A stretch of 64,000 nt of DNA from contig CP158635.1 in NCBI GenBank assembly GCA_050273025.1, forward strand, positions 12,710,001-12,774,000. Reading direction: 5' to 3'. The notes beneath the pieces are model-generated. The model was not told the DNA's origin, did not search any database, and was given only the letters and a program-made list of their open reading frames with translations. How positions within the stretch are numbered: position 1 is the first letter of the stretch; every line of letters starts with the position of its first letter. This document shows positions 26,553 through 40,100 of this stretch, piece by piece. Both the position numbers and the translations under genes were made by a program. Origin of the DNA: Cenococcum geophilum (Eukaryota).

Positions 26553-28554
26553 AATTAGAGACTAACCGCGAAATAGCAATTTAATAGCAATTTAATGGCA
26601 ATCTAACGGCAATCTATAGCATTCTGCTATATTCTGCTAAGTTCTGCTAAGACTATAACCTAAACCCTATTCTGCCCTATATATATATTAATTAAGCAAC
26701 TAAGTTAATAATATATACCCTTTCTTTCCGTTTTCCTACCTTCTTTCCTTACGTAACGTCGTAACCTCCTTATATAGTTTATATATATAGCTTAATAATA
26801 TCTACCTTGCTATATATTATCGTCGCTTATACTTACTCCATAATACTACGTTGCGTTAACTACCTATACTATTATTAATATGCAGAATAAACCCAAAGCC
26901 CCTATAACGGCCGCTGGTATTATATCTATACTCTAAAAATAATTAGTATGGATATAGAAGTCTTTTATAAACGCCCTTAAATAAAACTAAACTACTTTAA
27001 ATTAATAATAAGCTAAATAAGAAGTATAATACTAGCAATTAATTAAGAACCTCTAAGAAGAAGTCCACGCCCTTAAGATGCCTATACTAGGACCTTAAGA
27101 CTAAACGCTATCTCTAGAGATAAATACACGGAACGTAAGCCTTAAACCTATAGTAATTACTTACCCTAAGCCAACTACTATACTAAAACGATTTAAACGA
27201 CTACTAGATCCCCTAGTATTTACTAGTAAATAATAAAAGCTCTAATTATTTCTAAGCTAGCTTAAAAATAAGCTAACTAGTAATACCAACCGTTACCTAA
27301 CTAAAGCTAACTAACTTTATTACGCCCTAAGTCGACTAGGAGAAGATATAGCTAATTTTATTAAACCTCTTTAGCTAAACTTAGTATAAAGCCTAGTTGT
27401 ACTTCTTAAAGCTATATATAGTAACCTAAACCGCCAAGCCACCGCTTAAAGAAAGATAAATTATATAACTTAAGGAATAAAAGGTTTCCTAGTATACTTC
27501 TCTAAATTTAACCGTTACGTAAAGGAAATAGGCTAAAACAACTCTGTACTAATTAATAGCCTTATTAAATCTCTAAGTCCTAAACTAAAAACCTCCCTAA
27601 TAGGCGTAGACCTACTGGGAGCCCTTAATGCCTACGTAAACGTTATTAATAAACGGTATAATAATATACTACGCCTAATACTAAAGTCCGCTCCTTAATA
27701 TAATATAATAACCCCATAAACGTCTACTAAGTTATTATCTCAGCCTAAGCACCCTAACGCTATGGATATTAATACTAGAACCCTAGGGTACGCCCTACTA
27801 GGGTCTTTTAAATAAAAACAACGCATTAAGCTAGGCCTCTGCTTTAAATATAGAAGTAGCTCCTACTTCTCTAACTACTGCTCTATCTCTATATCTAAAT
27901 ACAATATATAAACGGCTAATACTAGCAGCCGTTTACCGCATTAATCTTCCGGTTACTGTCCTTAATCTCTACCTAGTTCCAGCCCTATATCTAGTAAGCA
28001 CTATTTATAAGGATAAAGCTATAACTAAGGTCCTATAAGAACCCTACCCCAATTGCCTCTAAAAGGAAGATTTTAGAGCTAAGTCACTCTCTAGGACAGC
28101 TCTACTATAGGATCTCGTTAAACGTATATAACGTTATAAACTCTAACTCTTAGGACCGTAGTATAACTATTAACTACTGTCTTCGGCAGAATAGTTAATA
28201 GGCTAATATTAAATCTTAATTAACACAGGAGCTAGCGGCATAGGATTTATTAATAAGATCTTTATATAAGATAATAGTTTTACCCTAACCCCCCTTAACC
28301 GGCATATTAACATATTTAGATTTAATAGTAAACATACCGTCTTAGGCTGTATAACCTACGTAGTATTTCTAAGACTCTAATACCTAAACTACAAAGAATT
28401 AATTAAACTTTTTGTTACCACCCTAGGTTACTTAGTAATCCTTAAATAACCCTAGATAAAGCTATATAAGGTAACTATTAATTAGGACAACCTTAAGCTT
28501 CTATTTACCGCCTCCTGTTATAAGCAGAAGTGCCTTATAACTTACTACTTAAAC

Positions 28555-28800
28555 CTAAATCTAAAATCTAAAAAATCTACTAAAATCTACTAGTTTAAAA
28601 TTTCTATAACTGTTTACCCAGTACTTAAGGAATCTGCTAAATTCTACTAACCCAGGAATTCCACCAAATTCTATTAATATAAGATTTCCACTAATATCTA
28701 CTCTACGCCTAAGGAATCCACCAGATTCCACTAGTATAAGAATTTTATTAATATCTACTAAGGATCCAAAAACTCTACTAAATTCCATAAGTTATTACTA
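28555..28800 (+). repeat. Degenerate tandem repeats in the protease-RT spacer of Gypsy C
   Basis: Recurring AAGGAATCCACCAGATTCCACTA-like units. Confidence 0.7.
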
Positions 28801-29287
28801 AGTACTATACTGCCCTAAGCTAAGCAGAAGCTTAAGCTTTATACACAAAAATACTATAAGGACTAGGATTCTTAAAGAACCTAAACCTAAATTTAATACT
28901 AACTCTATACCTAATACCGAACCTAAATCTAAATAAGAAACTATAGACAATCTAAGCAAGCTTAATACCCTAGATATCTATATAATTAGAGCTACCCTAC
29001 TAGCGTAACTTACTAAAAAACCCAAGTATACGATCTTTACTGTTACAATGGCCAATATTAAAAAGGCCTTAGCACTAAAGAAGTATACTAACCCTACTAT
29101 AAAGGTACCCGTAGAGTATTATTATCGCCTAGATATATTCTTATAAAAGGAAACTAATAAGCTACTAGAATACTAACTATATAACTATAAAATTATACTT
29201 AAAAAAGGAAAGCAGCCTAGATTTAGACCCTTATACGGGATATTCTAAAATAAACTCTAAGTGCTATAAAAGTATTTAAACGAGAAC

Positions 29288-32200
29288 TGTTAATCGGAAG
29301 TCCGTGCACCGATTATAAGAAAAGAATAATGACTCTGTCTATTGAATGGTGGCTCTAGAGCCTCTATATATATATAGGAAAGGTATAGGAAATAAGAACG
29401 AGAAGGGGGTAGGGGGGTGGCAATGGAAACAAGGGGTAGGTGACTAAGTCAATGATCGAGTTAATGATTGAGTCAATGACTGAGTTAATGGGAGGCAGCT
29501 GAGTCGGTGATAAGATAACCTGATTTAGGTTAACACACCCCCCCAGCTAATTAACTGGTAGGTGATCAGCTGGATATACCTAAATAGGAAATATCTATAG
29601 TGTTAAACTAAATAGAAACCATCTAAAAGTAAGAATTTAATAAGGAAATCGTGCAAATAGGTCAAACAGTATAGTTAAATCTGACTACAATAGGGTCTTA
29701 ATATCAATTAGATTCAGTTATCGAATGAAGCTCTCGTGCTTCTGCCTTAGCAGGGCCTTTATGAGACCGTTAGCCGTTATGTCAGTAGTAGGGACCCACT
29801 TAATTATAATTGAGCCCTTCTAAACTTCTTGGCGAAGCCAATGCTGGTAGATATCTACGTAACGAAGCTTTGTGCTTAATTGGGGTCCGTTCTTGGTAAG
29901 CAGTTAAATCATCTATAGGTTGTCGCAGCCAATTGTATGCTCCTCATTCGTGTGGAGTTGTATAGCTTAAAAGAAGCGCTGCCACCAAATTAATTTGGTG
30001 GCTGCATTTGATAGAGCCTTAAGCTCAGCTTTAATGCTTAATATTGTAACTATCTTCTGCTTAGTGGAGCGCCAGTTAATTGCTCCCCTAAATAGTAAAA
30101 ATATGAAGCCTTTAGTGCTCTTTTAATTAATAGGATTATTGCTAAATACAGCGTTGCTTACACAGACGACAATCTGACTTCTAATATTCCTATTTGAGTA
30201 TTCGATTGCCAGGGTTCTCGTTTAATAGAGGTATGCAATCGCTCAATTGACTGCGGCTTTGTGTAGGGGCAACGGATTACGAAGGAATTCTGCGAGCTTG
30301 CTCGAGGCTTAAGCGACGTCAGGTCATGTAATGTAGGTGGCGTATAGTAGTAAGCCGACCTTCCGTTGATATATATAGACCTGCTGCTTAGAGGCCTGTT
30401 CTGGATTAGGTAAGAGATCGTCCGTACTCATTGGCGTATATATTGGACGATAATCTTTTAGATGGAAGGTGCTGGCGATCTTATTAATGTAGGAATCTTA
30501 ACAGAGCTAAAGCTTCCGTTAAGGTCGATCGCGGAGGATTTTAATTCCTAAGAACTAGGTTAGTTCTCCTAGGTTCTTAATCTCGTACTTCTTTATTAGC
30601 TCTTCCTTAAAGAGTTAAAGCTTTAGTAGGTCTTCTATACGGTAGGCTGCTATAATATTATTGACATAAAAGAATACGATCAGCCAGTCGTTATAAAATA
30701 GGTATAATTCTCTATTAACTGCCGTCAGACCTAGGGTCGTTAGGGTAGTTGAGAACTTATTAAGCTAAAGTAGTGGTAATCGTCTAAGGCCGTATAAGGC
30801 TCTTCAAAGGAGCAGATACCTACCGTTCTATTAAAAGCTATCTGGAAACTTAATATAGACTATCTTATTAATAAGGCTGTTGGCGAAGGCGTTAACTATG
30901 TTATACTGCCAAGTCTCCAGATTGCATGTAGCGATGATCGCCATTATAGCCCTAAATATTTTTACTATAAGGGTTGCTGCATATATATCCTTTTCGCTAG
31001 GTCGTTGTAAGTTACCTTATATATAAAGACGGGCTTTAAATTTAACTAGATATCTATTAGTGTTAAACTTATAAGTAAACACCTAGGTGACGGGTAAGAC
31101 GTCAAGCAACACTGTTTATATAATGGTCTCGAATGTCCCTTACTGCTCGAGATTACTGAATTTCTTATTAGCGGCTTCTGTAAAGCTATCTTTGTACGGG
31201 TAAGCTTAAAGCTCCTTCTAGCTATAAGGTGGTGATAGAAGCTCGTCGCGGTGTAATCGCTTCTAGTGATGTTTAATTCCAGTAGTAAAAGCTCTATAAA
31301 AGGTAGGAAGGGTATCTAATTGCTTAATATCTATAAGATAAGCTTCTTAACGCATTAAGGGCTTTTTAGTTCTTCTGCTTATTATAATATTAACATCGCC
31401 TATATCGCCGTGGATCTTCTGTCTTAGATAGGCTTATTCTTTAGAAATGAGTTTAAATCGGGGTTTTTACTTAATTGAGGCACTTAACGGCTCTATATTA
31501 GTAGTATTTAATTGAGGTTCTGGCGTCTTAGCTGGGGTAGGGAGGCCTGGTATAGAGTTATCCTTAGAGGCTTGTGGGCTAATTATGTTATTGTCCTGAT
31601 CTGTTGCTTGATCTTGATTTTTATTAGCATCTACCTGTTAACTTCTACTAATATTTACCTTGTCTTCCTTATCTAACGTCTTATCTAATATCTTGTTAAG
31701 CTCTTCCTGAAGCGTCCTGTTAATATTTGATATATTGATTACCTCCAAAATTTGATCCACGCGTTTCTGGAGCAGATTTATAAGATCTGGCTAACTATTG
31801 TTATAGAGTAATTGCTCGTTAAACGTCACGTCTCTTATTTGAATTACCTTTTTTTCGCTAGGTATATAGACCCTAAAGATATTTATTGACTGGTACCCCA
31901 CTAGGTATCTAATATAAGCCCTTAGCTTAAGCTTTTGTATGTATAGGATTTTATATTTAAGCGGGTAAGCTCTACAGCCGTATGTTTATAGGTAAGCTAT
32001 ATTTAGCTTTAATGGCGAGAGCCCTAGTGCTAACTGAAGCTTCTTAAAAGGTGTTATCTAGCCGAGCTGGGCGCTTGGTGTCCGATTAATTAGATACGCT
32101 ACAGCCCTAGTAATTTCTGGCTAGAGCTCTTTTAATAATTAAGCTTTAATCCGCATGCATTAAGACTTAATAATAATCACCCCCCTAAAACGTTCGGCAG

Positions 32201-34652
32201 AACCGTTCTAAGACTTTATATATAGGGCTAACTATTCTAGTAATATTCCTTTTTAGGTCCTCTAGGTGTTAAACTCGCCACTTAGAGACATTTCGCTATT
32301 GATTTAAATTATTGCGATCTTTAGGTTATATTGACGTTCTACCCTATTTGAGTATTGTATAATTGCTTATATCGTTAACGACTTATAGGCGAAGGTCTTA
32401 ACCTTATTTAAATGCAGAAATTTGTTATAGAAATATATTGTCCAGATATAACTGTTATACGCCACGATCTCTTGAAATAAGTCAATATGTACTTAATAGA
32501 AGGGTCTAGTTGCCTTACTAGTAGGTAGTCTTCTTAATATAATCTCATAAGCCTTGCTAATAGCGCAGGTCTCACAGTCAATTATCGCTAGACCTTAAAG
32601 TTTTGTACTACCTACTTTCTGGGGTAAATGCTTGATCGCGTTGGGTCCTGTATGGCCTAGTCTCTTATACTAGAGTCTGCCATCTACTTCCTAATTAGGA
32701 AGGGGGTTTCGCGATTAGATTGCGAATAAGGCCTTACTTAGGGTCTTTAATTACAGCTCGTTGTACTCTAGGGTTGATTAATTACAATGGCGCTCGTAAT
32801 ATGCGAACGTCTCATAATCGTTTTTATACAGTAGGTTCTTTTTATTGTCCCACTATATATCCTTATCATTAAACTTTCTTAGGCAGGCTAAATTTGTATA
32901 AAAACCTGGTATATAAGCTGCGTTAGCTAAGAAGATCTTTCTAGGACCTAATGGCGTCTAAATAGTAATTACCGCCGTCCCTACACCCTTAACTGGATCT
33001 ATACCCGTCCCGGTATATACAAAGTTATTACTTAGTCGGAGCTCGTTAATGAACCTTAATTGATTGTTAATAACGTGTATAGTGGTTTTGTTGTTAAGGA
33101 TTACGCTATCGCGCAGCTTATAGTCAGTGCCTGCTTTATAGGCGCCTATTTAATATACGCAAAAGGTACTATCGTTTTCCTTTTCGTCTGGGCTCCGTGG
33201 AGCTTCCTTTTCTAAAAACTACTTCCTAACCTTCTCTAGTGTTCACTTGTGCCATTCTAGGGCGTTAATAATCTTTTCCTCAACCTTCTTAGCCGTCGCT
33301 TTGTCTAATTTCCAGTCCTTTAATTAAACCGACTTATTAATATAAGGACAGTCCTAGAACCAGTAAACAGCTCCACAGTAGCACGTCGGGGTATCTTTCT
33401 TCCGTGCCGTCCTAGAAGGGGTAATAGTAGGAGCCTTATCCTTAGGAGCCTCGTCCTTAGGAGCCTTATCGATTGGCTTGCCCTAGAAGCTCACTACATT
33501 AGCGCTGAGCTGAGCTCTATTCTTCTGCTGGGCAGTCTCCAATCGTTAATAGTTCCGATAGATATTAACTAGTTAATTTATGGATATTATATGGTCCTTA
33601 GCCCAGTTATGTTTATTAAATTTAACCCTCCACGTTAAGGCCCAATTTGGTAATACTGGCTTTACCACCAACAGAAAGTCTCTAATCACTCAGTCGCCAT
33701 CTACGTCTAGCAATTTAATCTTTTTATAATTGTTATACGTTTTCTCCCACTACTATAACTAGGCCTTGAAGTTCTAATTCTTTAGGCCCTTTTTAACCTT
33801 AGCATATTAAGTGGATAGGTAGAGCTGACGTGCAGTATCAGTAGGGGCAACCCTCTCCTTAAGAGTCACTAGTATGTTATATACTGAGTCGATACCCAGT
33901 ATATAGGTATTTAGATATCTGGCCACTACACCAGTAATATAGCTTCGTAGAGAAGTTAAAGCTGCCTTCTGCTTCTTATATTCCTTCTCTACTATCTTAT
34001 ACCTCTCACAGAGAATTTAAAGCTCGTCCTTCTCGTCCTCAGAGAGAGCTGCATAGGAGGTTGTTCCTAACTTCACGTCTTAAGGCCTAAGAAAGACTGG
34101 TTCAACCAATAGGGGCAACTTATCCCGTTTAGTTAAGGGGTCAACGTATTCCTATACGTCTCCTATTCGGGCTCGGAGCCTAATAAGGTCGATCCATTCG
34201 TCCCAATCAGCTTGGCTCGATAATATCACCGTCGTGGTGATAGCTTGGGTAGGTGGTTAAGAAGTTATTTTGAAAAGGTGCTTGCAGAAAGGTTGACGGA
34301 TTTGGTAATAAGTAGTAATTTGATAAGGGGTATATCAATTAAATAGATTAATTAAATCAAATAGTTGAATAGGGGTAATACGGCAAGCAACCCGGGCTTA
34401 TAACTGTCAATCGGAAGTCTATACACCGATTGTAAGAAAAGAATAATGACTCTGTCTATTGAATGGTGGCTCTAGAGCCTCTATATATACATAGGAAAGG
34501 TATAGGAAATAAGAACGAGAAGGGGGTAGGGGGGTGGCAATGGAAATAAGGGGTAGGTGACTGAGTCAATGATTGAGTCAATGATTGAGTCAATGACTGA
34601 GTCAATGGGAGGCAGCTGAGTCGGTAATAAGATAACCTAATTCAGGTCGACA
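29288..34652 (-). mobile_element. Ty1/Copia retrotransposon E, full length (5365 bp), inserted in C RT
   Basis: 248-bp LTRs 29288-29535 and 34405-34652; TSD AGAAC; PBS-like GTTATAAGCCC next to the 5' LTR (Copia GGTTATGRGCCC type). Single gag-pol ~34268-29690 in PR-INT-RT-RH order: 'RLGHTG', '*NGSAER', 'FKARL', 'ALYGLR*', 'FFYVNN', 'KLRYVDI'. Confidence 0.95.
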
Positions 34653-35012
34653 AGAACCTAAGTAAAGGATTTATTAGAGCAAGCTTATCGCCTATAGCCG
34701 TACTGGTAACCCTTGTTAAAAAACCTTGTAGTGGTCTGCGCTTCTATATAGACTACTAAACTCTTAATGTTATTACCGTTAAGAACTAATATTCAATTCT
34801 GTTAATATAAAAAACGCTAAACTAACTAAGCAAGGCTTGTTACTACACGAAGCTTAATATTATCTTTATATTTAACCGTCTCCGCATTATAAAAGGAGAT
34901 AAATAGCTTACTGCATTTTATACCTAATATAGACTATTTAAGTACTTAGTAACACCCTTTAGCCTTATAAACGCTCTAAGCTCGTTTTAATATTATATAA
35001 ATAATACCCTAC

Positions 35013-37175
35013 CTATTTACCGCACATGCAACCTTACCAAAAGGTAGTGCCACACTCCAAAACTTACGCATACCCATCTTACCATCAAAAACAATCGATT
35101 TTCCAACTTTCAAAACCTAATTTCTACTACCTAGCGAGCTAGAGGTGGATTTATTTGTCGTTTTACCCCCTTTTCCCAATAGAAAATTTTCTTTAAGGGT
35201 GGTCCTAGCTTATAAGCGAGGCACGGATAGGAACACTAAAACTATTACTACCACTAATACCAAAACTACAAAATAGGAGCTAGTTTTTCTACTACCTTTT
35301 AGCCTAATCTCCCCAGAAATCTTCTAGTAAGATTAGTAAGGAGAAAAGGTATAAGGATAGTAAAAACTAAGAAACCCCCCTATAAGATACAAAATGCCAA
35401 GGCCTAATAGGTCAAAAAAAAAGAAACCCCCTATAGAAATAAGTGATAAAGTGTCTACATTTACCTTTTCTCCTCCTTTTCCTCCTCCTAAGACAGGAGA
35501 AAAAAGAGGACATCCTTAGTCGTCTCCTGAAAAAGAAAACCAAAAACCTATAAAAAAAAAGATAATAAAACCAACGACTACTACGGATAGTACGGCTGAT
35601 ACGCCTTCCTATTCCTTTTCTCTAGAACAACATCTAAGATTTACTTTAGAAAGCCTAACTCAGGCCTATAAAGAGCTAGAAGAAGAAGAAGAAGAAAGAG
35701 AAGAAATAAAAGAACAAGTTAAATAGCCAGTGTACTATACACAAAGTATCCTATTAGGAGAAAATCCCTTTACACAAGAAGAAGAAAAAGAAAAAGAAAA
35801 AGAAAAAGACAAGGCAAACGATGTCCTAAAAGGACTAGTAGAAGAAGTAAGAGCTCTCCGTAAGGAGGTGGCTTCTATTAAGAAAACTTACGCAGAGAGG
35901 CTAAAGAAGGACCTCCCTTCTTCGTCCTCTCTACCCTCCTCGTTATCACCACTACTACCTTTTACCTCTTCTCCTTCTAGTAGGAGTTCTACTTTTACTA
36001 AAAGTAAGAAAAACTAGCTATAAAAAAGGAAGCTAGTCCTAATTATAGACAAAAAGGACTAACCTTTAAATACCTTCTCTATACGGAACAAAGTCAACTA
36101 ACTATTTGTATCAAAACTGCAAGTAGAAAAGCTAGTACTAGCGTCTATAGCTAGAACTAAAGGAAAATAAAATATTCTCCTTACAACTACAGAAGAGTAT
36201 AATGCAGATTTCTTAGTTAAATATAAGAATATCTAGTATAACTGCTTTACCTTTTAAAGAGAACAAAAACTTAAACCTTGAGTTTAAATTATAGCCCATA
36301 GGGTTCCTACCCTACCTTTTCTAGAAGAGGGAGGCTCTAAGCTTCTAAAAGAAGAAATTGAGACCTTTAATCCTATAAGGATATAAGGACTACCTAGATA
36401 GATCTTATCTAATGTAAAAATACATAATCCATAAACTAGATTTGGCTCTATAGTTTTTACTATAGAGAGCGAGGAAAAAAGATAAGAAATCATTAAGTAA
36501 AAAGAGATTTTAATTGCAGGTACAGCTACTAAGGTAGTAAAATACCTCGAAGTCTCTCCTACGACGCAGTGCACTAGCTGCCAAAAATTTGGCCATATAG
36601 GAGACAGATACTCTACTAGAGCTTATAGATTTAGTGCGGCTATATATTTATCTAAAGACTACTCCTGTTCTACCTATATAATAACAGGTAAGCCCTATAA
36701 GCATACTACCCCTCTTTATATTAACTGTAAAGAAAACCACTTTCTAATAGTAAAGACTGCGAGGTCCTTAAAGCAGCTAGGCTAGTAGGTAGTACTAGCT
36801 TAAAAGGTTCTATGGAAGAATAAGATAAAATAAATAGGATTCTAGAAGGAGGTAACTCCTACTAGGCTTTTAAAAAAGATGTTAGAGAGTAAAAGGATAG
36901 AAATAAATTGCAAAAGGACAGGGACAGGTGTTAGGATTTCTTATAGTTTTTCCTACCGTTTTCTTATTCCCTAGTAGTTATAGTAACTTAGTTTACTAAG
37001 GAACTATAAACTCCCAGTTTAGGGGTTTATAAACTACTAGGATATAGCTACTAGTACATATTAAGCTGCCTAGAAAGGGTTTATGTATATAGAACTATAG
37101 CGCTATAGCCTAAAGGCTGCTTACGCAGTATTATACGTAGTATAATACAACGGACCTAAAAAAAAAATTGTAAAA
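35013..37175 (+). mobile_element. ORF1(gag)-only non-LTR retroposon F with A-rich tail, inserted in C RT
   Basis: 14-bp TSD AAATAATACCCTAC (34999-35012) / AAATAACACCCTAC (37176-37189). LINE ORF1-like frame with 'KKTYAERL', 'IAHRVP' and 'QCTSCQKFGH...NCKENH'; ~350-bp 3' UTR and A-tract; no APE/RT. Confidence 0.85.
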
Positions 37176-40100
37176 AAATAACACCCTACGTCCTTACCTA
37201 GATATCTTTTATACTACTTATATTAACAACATCCTAATATATAGTAATAACCTAACTAAATATTAGAAATAGGTTAACCTTATTCTATAAGCCCTATATA
37301 GAGCTAGTCTATAACTAGATATAGATAAATATAAGTTTTATAAAATAGAAGTCCTATACCTTAGACTCCTTATTTCTATAAATAGTATATAAATAGACCT
37401 AAAGAAAGTTAAAGTAATTATAAACTAGTAAAAACCTAAGAATATTAAGGACGTAAAAGCCTTTATAGGATTTGCTAATTTCTACTAATAGTTTATTAAT
37501 AACTTCTTCGCCCTAGTTTTACCCCTTATAGCTCTAACCTAAAAGGATAAAGTTTTTGTCTTTAATAAGGAATATAAGAAGGCCTTTGCCTATCTAAAGG
37601 TTATATTTATTACTACGCCTATACTCTAACACTTTAACCTAAACTAAATAAGTATTATAGAAGCTAACTTATCTAACTATATTACTAAAGGCATCCTATC
37701 TTAATATAATAAGGATAGAGTATTATACCCTATAGTATACTTCTTAAAATAACTAAGTCTAGCTAAATATAACTACGAGATCTATAATAAGGAATTATTA
37801 GCTATTATTAGATGTTTTAAATAATAGTGACTTAAACTAGAAGGCGCTAGATTTCTAATTAAGGTCCTTAGCGACTATAAGAACCTATAGTACTTTACAA
37901 CTATAAAATAACTAAGTTATTATTAGGCCCACTAGTTCGAATATCTATTTTATTTCTAATTCTTAATTATATACCGCCTAGGCGTTTAAGGTTAGAAGCC
38001 TAATACCCTAACCTAACGCTTACAAGACACGCCAGCCCTAAAAAAAGTATACTCTTACTAAAATTAGACCCTACTTCGCCCTAAACTATTTAACCCTCCT
38101 ATTAAAAATTTTATAGTACACATCCTTAAAATAACTAATTAATTAATTAAATAGATTATAGTTAATAAATACCTAAATAATAAATTTATCTAAGAGACGC
38201 TTAAACTAATATAAGATGGCATTAAATGCTCTAAAAAGATTTCTTTAAGTAAATATAAAGCCCGCGGAAACCGCTTATATTACTAAAACCACCTAGTTAT
38301 ACCTAACTATAACGAACTTAAGCTTAAGCTCCTTAAACATATATATAATCTACTAATAGCCGGCCACCTAGGCTAAGGAAAAATCCTAGAACTGCTCTAA
38401 TAAGAATACTATTAGCTAAATATATATAATATAATATAAAGGTACGTCTCTAGCTGCTATATTTACTAACGAGCTAAAGCTTTATATAAGACGTATAATG
38501 GCCTTTCAAAGCCACTACCTATTCTAAACTGAAGATGGAAGAATATTTTAATTAACTTTATTATTAACCTCCCCGTAAGTAAGGGCTATATAAATATTAT
38601 AGTAGTTATAAACTAACTATCTAAGATAAGATACTTAATTGCCTACCCTAATATATTAACACCTACTATGGCCTAACTATTCCTAGATTATATATAGAAA
38701 CTCTACAGACTTCCTAAAACGATTATCTCTAATAGAGATAGCTAGTTTATCTCTATATTTTAGAAAAAACTAACTACCTAACTCCGCATTAAAGTACTAT
38801 TGTTTTTAGCATACTACCTAAAAATAGATAGTTAAATAGAACGTGTAAATGCTATAATAAAACAGTATATTTAGATATATATATTATACTTATAAGATAA
38901 CTAGATTAACTGGCTTATATTTACTAAGTTTATAGCAAATAATTCTGTTTTAGAAACTATAAAGGTCTCCCTATTCCTAGCTAACTACGGCTAGTATCTA
39001 TAAATAGGTTTTAAACCATTTAGTAATATTCCTCGCCCTACTTATTACGTCTTATAAGTTATAAAAGTAAATAAATTTATAAAGAAGATGGAGAAACTAT
39101 AATAGTTCCTTACTAATAAAATAATATAGACCTAATCTGTTTATAAAGCCGTAGCGAATAAGAAACAAACCCTAGTACCGGCCTACTAAATTAGTAACTT
39201 TGTCTAGCTAGATATAAGAAATCTAAACATAAAACAACCTACTAAGAAGCTTAATTAGAAGAACGCTAGCCCTTATAAGGTTAAAAAGGTTATCTCCTCC
39301 TACGCCTACTAACTAAAGCTCCCTAATATGGTTAAAATCTACCCTATATTCTACATGTCAGTCCTCTGCTCTACTACTTCTATATTAAACGCCCTACCCA
39401 AATAAATATAAGACCCTCCCCTACTAGTTAAAGTAAATAGTAAGAATAAGTACTTTATTAAAAAAATTAATAACGTTAAGTATAATAAACGGAAACGCTA
39501 ATATATATATCTTATAAAATGGAGAGGCTTTATTAAGTCCTTATAGGAACTCGTTAACCCTATAGGACTTATATAAGCTATAGAAGACTTTTATAAACTT
39601 TACCTAGAACTATTATAGCCCTATCTTGCAGAAGCTTAAGTTTAAAGGGGGGGTACTATTATAGGATACCCCCGTAACACCTTACACATATTTACCTATT
39701 TCTACTAACTTAGTAATTAAAGACTAACTATAAAATAGTAATTTAACGGCAATCTAATGGCAATTTAACGGCAATCTACGGCATTCTGCCATATTCTGCT
39801 AAGTTTTATTAAATTTTACTAAGTTCTACTAGGACTATAACCTAAACCCTATTCTACCCTATATACGTATTAACTAAGTAACTAAGTTAACGATATATAC
39901 CCTTTCTTCCCGTTTTCCTACCTTCTTTCCTTACGTAACGCCTTAACCTCCTTATATAGTTTATATATATAGCCTAATAATATCTACCTTGCTATATATT
40001 ATCGTCACTTATACTTACTCCGTAACAATTTTCTTTTTACTTATCATTAGCTGACTATTAGGGCCGCGTACTATGCGGACCATACGTGATATATATAGGG

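Larger units (their letters stand above)
20299..40027 (+). mobile_element. Ty3/Gypsy chromovirus C, full length, hosting D, E and F
   Basis: 5' LTR 20299-20361 + 26558-26845; 3' LTR 39657-40027 after PPT AAAGGGGGGG; TSD ATTTC/ATTTT. gag from ATG 26880. pol pieces ~28080-29287, 34658-35012 and 37190-39640 with RT, RNase H, integrase and chromodomain ('YLIKWRG'). Confidence 0.92.
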
